A stretch of DNA of 64,000 nucleotides, from assembly GCA_965113315.1 (NCBI GenBank), contig OZ220363.1, one strand, 5' to 3'. Of this stretch, positions 34,001 through 42,700 are shown in pieces (the stretch's first letter is position 1; each line of letters opens with the position of its first letter). Both the position numbers and the translations under genes were made by a program. Below the pieces are notes generated by a model that saw only the letters and a program-made list of their open reading frames with translations, did no database searches and was not told the DNA's origin. Origin of the DNA: Podarcis vaucheri. Its lineage: Eukaryota.

Positions 34001-34321
34001 TATGGCAGCACCACTCCCAAGCCGATTGTAAGGTCCAAGGCGATTGATACCCTCTCCTGCCCTGAGCAAAATAATGGCTGCTGCCTTGAGAGCTGTCTCC
34101 TTTGTATTCTAGGGGGCCCTCATGCTAATCCTTTGCCTTTCCTCCTCCAGAGCGATCCGGAGTTGGTGCAATGGAAGAAGGAGCTGCGCGAAGCCTACCA
34201 GGAAGCCCAGCAGCTGCTGCAGAGGGTGCCCAAAATGAAACACAAGCCGCGCTCTCCGGTGGTGGAGCTCAGCAAGGTCGCTCTGCTCCAGCGCAGCAGC
34301 AGCAGCACCAACGGCCTCTGA
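6995..34321 (+). CDS. GRK2: G protein-coupled receptor kinase 2 (beta-adrenergic receptor kinase 1), 5'-partial spliced CDS, exons 2-21 (RH, Ser/Thr kinase and PH domains)
   Basis: join(6995..7071,11059..11132,12177..12278,14757..14831,15207..15268,15845..15896,16566..16657,18175..18274,19191..19269,19438..19568,20623..20717,21534..21641,21918..21984,24404..24504,26483..26549,27015..27110,28853..29015,29319..29455,29718..29831,34151..34321). All introns are GT-AG and the frame is continuous. Motifs [31 protein letters not shown] and a C-terminal PRSP...NGL*. GRK2 rather than GRK3 from [17 protein letters not shown], the C-tail and the ANKRD13D/SSH3 neighbourhood. Confidence 0.97.
8782..9085. 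mobile_element. hAT-type MITE
   Basis: TIRs cactggttccca / tgggaaccactg; 8-bp TSD ttctagag / ctctagag (7/8). Confidence 0.85.
11059..11132 (+). CDS. GRK2: GRK2 exon 3 ([25 protein letters not shown])
   Basis: ttag|...|gtgagg, 74 nt. Confidence 0.95.
12177..12278 (+). CDS. GRK2: GRK2 exon 4 (IKKYEK...[18 protein letters not shown]; G-alpha-q-binding RH helix)
   Basis: atag|...|gtgagt, 102 nt. Confidence 0.95.
14236..14487. mobile_element. Tc1/mariner (Tigger-like) MITE
   Basis: TA|cagtgatatcttggttt...tcaaggtaccactg|TA: terminal inverted repeats with a TA target-site duplication. Confidence 0.85.
14757..14831 (+). CDS. GRK2: GRK2 exon 5 ([25 protein letters not shown])
   Basis: acag|...|gtaaat, 75 nt. 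Confidence 0.95.
15207..15268 (+). CDS. GRK2: GRK2 exon 6 ([20 protein letters not shown])
   Basis: ccag|...|gtgagt, 62 nt. Confidence 0.95.
15845..15896 (+). CDS. GRK2: GRK2 exon 7 ([18 protein letters not shown])
   Basis: ttag|...|gtgagt, 52 nt. Confidence 0.95.
16566..16657 (+). CDS. GRK2: GRK2 exon 8 ([30 protein letters not shown]; Gly-rich loop)
   Basis: ccag|...|gtaacg, 92 nt; not in the ORF track, read directly from the sequence. Confidence 0.95.
17371..17719. mobile_element. Nested inverted-repeat DNA elements (outer gggctagatccaga/tctggatccagccc; inner gggctcatcca/tggacaagccc at 17444..17656)
   Basis: Two concentric pairs of GGGCT...AGCCC terminal inverted repeats; PIF/Harbinger-like ends (family assignment tentative). 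Confidence 0.6.
18175..18274 (+). CDS. GRK2: GRK2 exon 9 ([33 protein letters not shown])
   Basis: gcag|...|gtgagt, 100 nt. Confidence 0.95.
19191..19269 (+). CDS. GRK2: GRK2 exon 10 ([26 protein letters not shown])
   Basis: ccag|...|gtgaga, 79 nt. Confidence 0.95.
19438..19568 (+). CDS. GRK2: GRK2 exon 11 ([12 protein letters not shown]...VVYRDLK)
   Basis: gcag|...|gtgagc, 131 nt. Confidence 0.95.
19704..19930 (-). mobile_element. MIR/CORE-like tRNA SINE
   Basis: caaccctgtgaggtagg...gactggcccaaggtcacccagcaagcttcatggctg...gggatttgaac; similar remnant at about 1635-1750. Confidence 0.7.
20623..20717 (+). CDS. GRK2: GRK2 exon 12 ([31 protein letters not shown])
   Basis: acag|...|gtgagt, 95 nt. 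Confidence 0.95.
21534..21641 (+). CDS. GRK2: GRK2 exon 13 ([35 protein letters not shown])
   Basis: gcag|...|gtaagt, 108 nt. Confidence 0.95.
21918..21984 (+). CDS. GRK2: GRK2 exon 14 ([22 protein letters not shown])
   Basis: tcag|...|gtaagg, 67 nt. Confidence 0.95.
23248..23568. mobile_element. Probable hAT-like DNA element (CAGTGGCGTAGC-type ends)
   Basis: cagtgatggag ... gctatgccgctg ends; CpG-rich core. Confidence 0.45.
23571..23627. repeat. (TG)n(AC)n(AG)n compound microsatellite
   Basis: Directly visible. Confidence 0.95.
23924..24309. mobile_element. Related Tc1/mariner MITE in the opposite orientation, one end truncated, with an internal TAGCGG minisatellite
   Basis: Reverse complement of the right end matches the left end of the 57364 element (both give [13 protein letters not shown] in the ORF track); core of ttagcggct / tagcggatcagctgataagcgg repeats at about 23962-24147. 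Confidence 0.85.
24404..24504 (+). CDS. GRK2: GRK2 exon 15 ([33 protein letters not shown])
   Basis: acag|...|gtgagt, 101 nt. Confidence 0.95.
26483..26549 (+). CDS. GRK2: GRK2 exon 16 ([22 protein letters not shown])
   Basis: acag|...|gtgagc, 67 nt. Confidence 0.95.
26610..26936 (-). mobile_element. CR1 LINE 3' fragment (older)
   Basis: gaatcatagggttggaagggacc...tctagtccaac...ctctgcttaaaaacttcc; colinear with the 33 kb copy but diverged. Confidence 0.85.
27015..27110 (+). CDS. GRK2: GRK2 exon 17 ([32 protein letters not shown]; AGC C-tail)
   Basis: acag|...|gtatgt, 96 nt. Confidence 0.95.
27393..27444. repeat. 27-bp tandem duplication (gacaaatgaatgttactggactgat x2)
   Basis: Directly visible. 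Confidence 0.9.
27552..27579. repeat. (CT)n microsatellite
   Basis: Directly visible. Confidence 0.95.
27998..28065. repeat. (TC)n(AC)n microsatellite
   Basis: Directly visible. Confidence 0.95.
28853..29015 (+). CDS. GRK2: GRK2 exon 18 ([24 protein letters not shown]...QLGHEE)
   Basis: ccag|...|gtgaga, 163 nt. Confidence 0.95.
29319..29455 (+). CDS. GRK2: GRK2 exon 19 ([46 protein letters not shown]; PH domain)
   Basis: acag|...|gtaaga, 137 nt. Confidence 0.95.
29718..29831 (+). CDS. GRK2: GRK2 exon 20 ([38 protein letters not shown])
   Basis: acag|cag...|gtgagt, 114 nt, NAGNAG acceptor. Confidence 0.93.
29950..30156 (-). mobile_element. MIR/CORE-like tRNA SINE interrupted by the Sauria SINE
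   Basis: acattatctcagtgattcttacaa...gctgagagag...cacccagtgaatacatggcggag; appears to resume as tatgctacactag after 30513. Confidence 0.6.
30157..30513 (+). mobile_element. Sauria SINE
   Basis: B-box ggttcgaatcc; core ccaacccagcagttcgaaagcac...gcaagtagataaataggtacc; 3' (ACCTTT)n tail. Confidence 0.9.
30774..31004. mobile_element. Tc1/mariner (Tigger-like) MITE
   Basis: TA|cagtggtacctcaggttac...gtaaccagaggtaccactg|TA; internal caggttacag/caggttaaga repeats. Confidence 0.9.
33137..33807 (-). mobile_element. CR1 LINE, 5'-truncated young copy (C-terminal part of ORF2 plus 3' UTR)
   Basis: Uninterrupted 192-aa ORF (33215..33793) with the CR1-typical LDMSQQC...KANAILGCI...[17 protein letters not shown]...[11 protein letters not shown]; (ATTCTATG)n 3' tail, seen as atagaatcatagaatcatag on +. 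Confidence 0.93.
34151..34321 (+). CDS. GRK2: GRK2 exon 21, coding part ([14 protein letters not shown]...[24 protein letters not shown])
   Basis: ccag| acceptor; TGA at 34319-34321. Confidence 0.95.
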   Translation, partial: SDPELVQWKKELREAYQEAQQLLQRVPKMKHKPRSPVVELSKVALLQRSSSSTNGL

Positions 34322-36300
34322 CCCTCCTTGACTTCCTCTCCCATCCTTAATTTATTTGGCTGGGTTTGTCCACCATCCCCACCCTCTCTCCTGTCTCCTT
34401 TCGCTGATCATTGTGATGTCCACCCCAGCCCCCTGGGGTATTATAGTGAGGGGGTGGGGCATCCAGAAGGTGTGGGACAGACTTCCCTCTCCCCATCCCC
34501 CAGCACAGGGGGACCAATACCCATTTGAGGGGAAGGAGCCTGGTTGGCAAGGTGGATGAGCGTCTACCCCACCCCCCCTGCCCCCCACGAAGGAAAGCTG
34601 GGATTAAAGCCCTGCCTCTAAATAGGACCAATGGAAGGAGATGCCCTGAGGTGTGCCACACATCTTGTGTCCTCCCTGCTTCCTCCCCTGTGGCTGCCAG
34701 ACATGCGCTAGCGCACTCACGAGAGAGCCTGCTAGCTTAGGCCTTGCTCCCCATGGAGTGGCTGGCAGGGCATGTCCTCTCAGGTGAGTGAGTCCCTTCA
34801 CACCAGCTTCAGGTGAAGAGACGCATCGGCACAACAACCCGTGTCCCCAGCCCCTTTTCTTTCCAGCGCCAGGCTCTGGCATACGGTTCCACAGCAGGCC
34901 CCCTGCAGAAAGGGCGCCCTGGTTCTGGCATAGATGGGATAGCTCAAAAGAGTGTATTTCCCGCCGCCCGTCACTCACAGAATATCGGCTAGGCAGCCAC
35001 TGTGCCATAAGCAATCCCCTTCAGCATTGGCTGGGTTTGCACTCTAGAGTGTGATAAGGAATTGCCTTGAAACTCTTACACTGTAACGAAAATGTCTAAC
35101 AAAAAAATGAAGGCTTGCTCCTGTTCTGTTCTCTTCCCTTCGTCCCTGAGTTCACGTCCTGAATCCTTCCCTACCACCCTCTTCTGGTCCCGCCAGTTGC
35201 CATCCCAAATCCTGAATTCCTGACCTGGGGCAGCGGCTGCTGCTGCTGCTCTTGCTGCCGCCTCAGAGTTGTGGCCTGCCCTCTGCCTTTTGCCCCCCTG
35301 CTCTCCCAGGCATTCTCTTATCAACTGTGCCAAATTTCAAGATTATTGTTGTGCCCTTCCCAGTTGGCCCCGTGGAGTCTGCAAAAAGTCGTACTCCCTG
35401 GGGCCGAATCTGGACAAGCTCCTTGCGTTTGGCTTGCCCAGTCTCTGTACTATTGCCTCTGAATCTTCTCCTTGGAGTGGGATGAGAACTGCCTCTTGCT
35501 CTGCTGTCTCTACTGCCAAATGCCCATCTTGCTTTGCTGTGGAAAGAGGGGAGGGGCAGCAGGTTTCATGCCAAAAGAGATTTCTGAGCTGCCTGGCCCC
35601 TCTGCTCTCAGGGCCTCTCTGGGCTGAGCCTGGAGTGGGGGGAGTGGGGGGGGTGCGGTCACTGGAAGCTCGGCCTGGATGAGGCCCTGTGCCAAGTCCC
35701 AAGTGTCTGAAGGATTCTGTAAATATCTTTGTGCCAAGGGGGGGCCTGGCTGGGTGTGGAAAAACTAGGCCCATTCTGCCCCTCCCTTCCAGTATCCCTC
35801 TGTATTAACAGCTCCCCCCACCTACCACCTCCCCTTCCCCTAGCAGTGTTACGGTTTCTCCCACAGGATGGGGAGAAATATCAGGTTGAATTGACCCTGT
35901 ACCCCTCCTCCTCCTCTTCCCTCCACCTGTGGTTTAACAGAGGGGTTAAGGGTAGGTGGCTTTCGGTTGGGGATCAGGTCTCTCATCCCCATGGTGTCAT
36001 GCCCCAAGCGCATGCGATTGCCTCTGCTGCATGCCCCCCCCCCACTCCGCCTCATGTGATGAGTTTTTGCCTGTTCTGCTACATGGCTCCCACATTCCTC
36101 CCAAGGCGATTGGCCCTGGGAGGGGGAGGGGTAGAGCGGGAGCCCCCCCCCCTTTCCCTGCAGTGTTTGTAAATATTGATCTCTGGTTTGTCTCTCTGGG
36201 TTATTATTATGGATTTTTTGCCGATTTTTGAATGTGATTTTAATGAGTGGGATAAAAAGACTGTTTTTATAATAAAAAAAATCCAAAACCCACAAAGCTT
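34322..36300 (+). other. GRK2: GRK2 3' UTR (about 2 kb, end approximate)
   Basis: Runs from the stop codon to the AATAAA at 36271; U-rich terminal region with two TGTAAATA elements; no recognisable transposon inside. Confidence 0.7.
36271..36276 (+). terminator. Polyadenylation signal AATAAA of GRK2
   Basis: Canonical hexamer after a U-rich stretch; repeats resume about 130 nt downstream. Confidence 0.7.
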
Positions 36301-36634
36301 AGAAAAACGCAGGCTCTTCTGTGGCTCTCGGCACCAGAATGCGTAAAACGTGTCGCTGACGTAGATTGAGTTGGGCTGTCGGCTCTGGGTTGTCAACTCC
36401 AGCTTTTCCAAAGCTGGTATCCAATTCAGGTGTTTTAAAGAATACAGCCTCCATTAGCCCCACTCAACAAGACCAGTTGTCACAGATAGTGGGAGCTGTA
36501 GCCCACCAGGTTGGGGAAGGCTGGTCTAGGGCAGAATCCAGCCCCAAGACCATGGAGACTGAAGCTGGGACCATAGGCATGCAGATTGTGTGTTTTCCAT
36601 GGTGATATGGGTGCTCCGTTTCCTTTCTCTGGAG

Positions 36635-36772
36635 CAAGGATGAGAAATTTTTGGTCTTCCAGGTGTTGCTAAACTACATCTCCCATCAGCCCCTGTCAGC
36701 ATGGCCATTAGTCAAGGCTGATGGGAACTATAGTTCAGTAACATCTGGCGGAGCAAAGTTTCCTCACCCCTG
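36635..36772. mobile_element. Palindromic hAT-type MITE
   Basis: ccaggtgttgctaaactacatctcccatcagc...gctgatgggaactatagttcagtaacatctgg; further copies near 2065, 3405, 9640, 10750, 11770, 16180, 36410 and 43745. Confidence 0.75.
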
Positions 36773-38884
36773 CTCTAAATTGAAGCATCCATTTAGGAAT
36801 CTATGGTAGGAAGCACACAAATATGTCAAGAAATTTTTGCATTATAATAGGTGACCAACCAACTCTCTCCCAAGGGTCTCAAGCTCCAACGTAATATAGT
36901 GCATCACTAACAAACCAAGTCCTTCTGCTGTCCCCATAGCATAAACAAAGTGGTGGGAGAACATTTCTGATATCCTCAATATTGCCATGCTTCACAAAAA
37001 AAAAAAAAAGGTTTCTAAGGAATACTCCAGCATAAAATAGCTAAATTAGAATTTATCATCAAATTCAGTTCTGTTCAATTTGGACCTAATGGGGACTGTG
37101 GTTCTCCCCTGCAAACATGGTATGGAAGTGCTGAATTAGCATTGCATAGTAAATGATTCATGCCCCACTCTTCCCATAGAACCCATATGGGGGGTTTCAT
37201 GAACTACAAAAACTCTCAAAAAGGAAAAAAACACACACCTTAAAACACTAGCATCAATAAACAGCAAAGAAAGATCAATAGGATTATAGTGACTGCAGCT
37301 GAGAGTACACCAGTGCTTATCTTGTATACATTTGAGCTCTGCACAAAAAACATCACAGACCTGCTGCAACCCTTTGCATTTTATAGCCTCTTGGACCCGC
37401 TGTTTACATTTCCCCCTCTACAGCTATGTGCATGTATATATTATCTGTCAACTGAGGATAACACTTCATGCATCTGATGTCGTGCGTGCTAGTTCATGAA
37501 AGCTTCTGCCACAACAAATCATTCTTGAAGGTGCCACAAGACTTGCTTGTTTCTGATACAAGAGTCTCAATGAACTTACCAAAACAAACTGAGCACAGCT
37601 GGGCTGGAGCTTAACACAACAGCTGGAATACTTTTCTCTCCATAAAAGACCTTCATGGCCCAGTGGAACTCCATTTCCCCATCCCTCTTAACAACATTTG
37701 ATAATAATTTAATAGCATGTGTTTGAGGCAGAAGTGTAATGGGGAGCTTTTCACAATCTAAAGGAAGCCATGTTGGAGTAAGCTGCCCTGCTGAATTTCT
37801 GCCCATCACAGAACTCTTAAAAGCCAATGGAACGCCTCTCTGTCAAAAATGGAGAGAAAGACAGGCTGGGGGTGTATGACTGGAGGTGTTGGGTTTATGA
37901 TTCACAGAGCACGTTTCTTGACTCTTGAGAAGGAATAGTAACCTTTCCAAAGGAAAGGTTGCCTTGCTGTTTTAAAGGTGCCTCCTCTACACTTCCTGTA
38001 CTGCATTTTTCTAGGCCTAGTCATGGAAGGCATGTTTACTCCATGACAGGTGAAAACAACTTCAGGTTTAACTGGGTGCCAACTACTTTGTTATTTCAAC
38101 CACTGAACAAGTCTGCAACAAGGCAACACTTCCCCAAGCAGGTAGAGAGCAGGTCCTGCATGTGAAAACCCGAGGGAGCCATTACTGAAAGACTGTTAGT
38201 ACAATAATCATATCCATGTCTACTCAGAATAAAGCGTCACTGAGCTGAATAAGATTTATTCCCAGGGGGTATATTGGATGACCAATACCTGTGACCTAAT
38301 ACCCACTAAACACAGAGGGACTCATTTCTGAATGCACATGTCTAGCAATGTGTTTTTAGAAATTATTTCCCAGTCCTATATCCTTCTGGCTTGAAAGATG
38401 CATACACAAAACAACTTTAAATAAAAAGCAGTGGATAGTCCATATTTAGGATTGGAAGGATAGAGTTTAATTTCTAGAATGAGTTGTGTGAGGTTCAAGA
38501 AGCTTGGCTAGAGTCCTGGTTGTTCCTACTCAGTAGAGAAAGGTGCACTCTGCATATGCTTAGGTGCACTAGTTTATTGAACCACATTTCACAGCTGAGC
38601 CCTGGCAAGGCAAACAGCCTAGAAGGCGGCTCCAGGTTTCAGTTCGCCTCTAACCAGAAGCCACACGCAACCCCTCCTGGTGCGATTCTTATTTCCCTGA
38701 ATAATAAAAGATGCAAGGGGAAGAAGGCTCTCTAGCTGAACATGATCCTACATGTATCTCTACTCAGAAGTAAACTCGGCAGAGCTTAATAGGCCCCAAA
38801 CCAATGGATTCAAGTCGCAAGAAATGAGATTTTGACCAAACTAGGAAGAACTTCCGGAGAGGAAAAGCTGTTCGGACTCCAGGT

Positions 38885-39011
38885 GAGGTGGTAGACTCGC
38901 CTTCCTCGGGAGGTTTTTAAGCAGAGCTTAGATGGCCACCTGTCACGTATGATCTAGCTGAGATTCCTGCACTGCAGGGGGCTGGACTAGATGACCCTTG
39001 GGATCCCTTCC
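38885..39011 (+). mobile_element. CR1 3'-end fragment abutting the ANKRD13D CpG island
   Basis: gaggtttttaagcagag...gattcctgcactgcagggggctggactagatgaccctt...cccttcc. Confidence 0.75.
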
Positions 39012-39760
39012 CGTCCGCCCCCAGCAAGCAAGCGGAGCCAAGCCGGCCCAATCGCCCGCCCTTCTGGGGACCGAGGACCCCGAGGAGGCCGTGGCTCCTG
39101 CTGCCGGGGGCTGCAATTTCGCCTCCGCCCGCTTCCCCTGGCGGCTGACGAGGGAGGCAGGCTGCCCAAGGCGGCCGGCTCCGCTCCCTCCCGCTGCCGG
39201 TGGTGACGCAAGGGGTGTTGCCTGTCCTCGACGCCCAGAGCGTGGCCCTCTCGCGTGGGCTGGAGCAGGGAGCGAGCGAGGCCGGAAAAGTGCCCGGGCC
39301 AGCTTTCCGCGCCCCTGCCGCCGCTGTCTCCTCCCTGCGCCCCGCAGGCCCGCCCCTTCTCCCCCAGCCCCGCCGCTCCCTGGCTCTGGGTCGGCCCCGG
39401 GAGCCGCAGCGAGCGAACCCCGGCCAGGCCGCGCGTGCGCCCCGCCGTCCCTCCCTCTCCGCCTGCCTGCCTGCCTGCCTGCCTCTCCTCCCGGGAGCGC
39501 AGCCGCCGCCACCGTCGCAGCGGGGCCCAGCGCAAAACCGAGCAGGAGGGGAAGCGCCGCCGCCGCCGCCACCCGGAAAGGCCTCGGGCAGAGAGGGATC
39601 GGAGCAGAGACCCGGCCGGGCGCGGGGACATGGTGACGGGATGGCCCGCATCACAGACGCCTTCCCCCTGCACCTGCTCGTCTGGCACAACCGGCACCAG
39701 GCGCTGGACAGCGAGCTGCGCAAGGGACAGGTACGGGGGAGCCCCTCAACACCCCCCCAA
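38990..39760 (+). promoter_or_regulatory. CpG island / TATA-less promoter and 5' UTR of ANKRD13D
   Basis: Very GC- and CpG-rich. GC boxes, CCAAT (~39048), half-CRE TGACGCA (~39204), ETS CCGGAA (~39283, ~39573) and NRF1-like GCGCGTGCGC (~39431). Overlaps exon 1. Confidence 0.85.
39641..39730 (+). CDS. ANKRD13D: ANKRD13D exon 1, coding part ([30 protein letters not shown])
   Basis: gggATGG Kozak context; |gtacgg donor. Confidence 0.92.
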
Positions 39761-42700
39761 TCTCCTAGGGCTCCTTCCTTCCTTAACCCCGCATTCCAGG
39801 TCGCCCCTTCCAGCCGGAGTTGGAGATGTGGCAGCCAGGGAGGGGGATGTGATGTGGGATCCTTCCAAGATGGTCCCAGCCCTTCGCTCCCCCCCCCCCA
39901 CCCGCTGGTAGCCCTACTGCTGCCACTGGGAGGGAGAATGAACAAGGGCCAGATACTGGCACCTAGTATATCTGACTGCTGCTAACCTAGGCTTGTTCCA
40001 TCTGCATCCTGTTAAACCTGCCACATCCAGTTAACTCCCCCCCCTCCCAGCCACGCCACACACACAAGCAGGAAAGCTCCCCAAGGGGCATCTCTTGACC
40101 CCCCCCCCCCAGTGGTGATAGCATCATCACCTTTCCCCCACCTTTGTAATGCTCTTGGTCCCCTCTCACCATTCCTTCTCTTTGTAACTCTGGATTGTAA
40201 CTCTTCCCTCCTCACCCCAGCCGAACTGGTGGCTTCAGAATAGCTGTATAGATGTTTGATGATTCTTTTGGGCTGGGAATCCCCAACCTCATAATTCCTC
40301 ATCAGACTTGGCAGTTGAAGCTTTGAAGCAAACAGCAATCCGCATTTGAGGCCATCTGTTTGGAATCCCAGAATCCACTGCTCCTTCGTCTTAGGCCCCC
40401 TCATAGTAATTTGGGCACATGAGGGCAAGACACGCGAGGGATCAGCACACTCCGTTGGTTCTGAAGGGTGCCGTGATACTCAGTCCCATAACATCCTCTA
40501 GCAATCGAGGCCTAGTGTTTTGTTTTTTGTTTTTTTACAAAAACAACCTTCCTGTGGTGGCTTCATGTTTAGTGCACTGATAGCCACCATTTTGGAAAAG
40601 AGAAAAAGGGAGAAAGGCAAAATAATCCTTAAAGATTGATGTGCGTGTGCACAGCTGGTATGGGTCTCTTTTAAAAATTCAATTCAGTTATTAGAGCCTC
40701 CAAGCAAGTGCCAGCTCTAGCACCCTGTTGCATTGGAGAGGGGAAATTCACAGGGTTTCCTTCCTGCTTGCCCCTATGGACCACAGCTGAGCACTGGACT
40801 AGGCTGAGCATCTATTCTTTAAAAAACTCTTGGTTCTCCCACCTAGAGTTAGAACCAAGAGAACAGAGTCATTAGAATACCTGTATGGGAGAAGACTGAC
40901 AGGAAGAGTTCTGCCTGGCAACTGATTTGGAACTGGGAGAAAGGCAGATCAGGGAGCATGGCTTAAAAGAAGACTGGGCTGGAGATAACTGATGGTACCT
41001 GAGATAATGATGATTCCCATTTCTTGTTTTGGAAGGGGGAAACGGGGAATGAACTGACTTATAGAGCTAGGGGGATGAATTTTGGGAGGATCTCAAAAAG
41101 AAAGGAATTTGGGGCAGAGGTTTGGTCAGCCGGATGTTTCTGGAATCTAATTACATAGGGCACTCCGATGATGGCCTTCTCTTGTTGTCAGTCCCTAACA
41201 GCTGATACTCAGAGGTATGTTACCTTTGAAGAGGGAGGTTCTATTTAATTTGGTGGTTGAGGCTAGTAGCTGTTGACAGACCTGTCCTCTGTGAATTTAT
41301 CAAATCCTTTTTGAAACTAACTTAAGCTAGTGGCCATCAACATACCTCACAGCAGTGAATTCCATGAGTTAATTACCTCTTGAGTGACAAAGTATCTGCA
41401 TTTGCTTTTATCTTGTTTCTAAAAAATCATGGGCAGTCTGGGAAAGGTGGGAGAGAAACGATTCAGAGTATGGCATACAGTGGCACTGCAACAAAAGTTG
41501 GGAAATGGTGTGGAGGGTTTGGGGCTCTGCCTTGTGTTCAATTTGGCTAGGTCACTTGTCTCTCAGTCTCACCAGTTCTCCTTCTGTAAAATGGATGTTG
41601 CAGTATCAAATGTGAGGTCAAAGAAGTGGTTTGGTGTGTAGAGCTCATGCTCCACCTTTGCATTGTACTCAGGTTGCAGTCTTTGAGAAAGTCAGGTGTC
41701 TCCATCAAGTCCAGCATTCTGTTTCCAGCAGTGGTCAGCCAAATGCATCTGAAAATTTTACAAGCAAGGCCTGAGGTCAACAGTGTTCTGCTGTTGCTTG
41801 TATCCAGCAGCTGACATTCAGAGGCAAATTCTTTCTGAATATTGTGGTGCTTCCATCAAATTATGACTTTCATAGTGGGTGTTGGGGTGATGGAGCTTTG
41901 AGTGGATGGAGCCTAGGCAAGGGAATGGCTTGGCAGGGTGGGCAGATTTGTAACATCCTGAATTTCTGAAGGTATCAGCTGCTGTTACATCTTTTTTGCA
42001 GATGCTTTAGGATGTTCAGCCACCCTGCACATGACTTAACTTGGTGGTAGAAGAAATCACATTCTGACTATTTTCAAATATACTCTTGTGGTCAACTAGT
42101 CTGCAAGTGCAGTGAAAATAGGCCCAGCTTATGTAGGATATAAGAGACCCTGGGCTGTTCCAGGTAACACAGAAGGATTCTGGAGCTATGATAGAACCCG
42201 CCAGACCTCTCTGCAGCAAGCACTCCCATTTTTGGTGAATTGCTGGTAATCAGCTGTTAAAAAAATGTGATTCTTAGCCCCAGTGCTTGAAGCGATTACA
42301 CTATCCTCAGCATAAGGAAGGTGCCCATGACATCTGCACAAAGCTCTACAGCCCTGTCTCCTGATCCATTTTTATTATCCATCCCTCAAAAGCGTATTTA
42401 CTTGTGGGTTTGTTTGTTTTTTGTTTCTTTTCTTTAATTCATAAGCCGTGTACTCTCCTTCTGTAGCACTTGAGTGCACTCTTCTTACAATTAAAAACAA
42501 AACAGGTTGTTTCACAATATAGCTGGGCTAGTCCCTATTCTGTTTTATCATGTGGGGACAAAGGCCTTTGTGGTGAATGGCCCCTTCTAATTGCATCTTG
42601 GAACAAGGCAGCATTTGCCATTGCAAAGAAGGTCCTTTCATCAGGAAGCCAAGACACAACATTAATTGATTACCATATATACTTAGATTTCCCCCCACTT

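Noticed and set aside
38917-39985. Long overlapping ORFs (200-342 aa) on both strands
   Set aside because: These reflect stop-codon depletion in a CpG island and give low-complexity Arg/Gly/Ala/Pro translations. Only 39641..39730 matches a known protein. A non-AUG N-terminal extension cannot be excluded but has no support.
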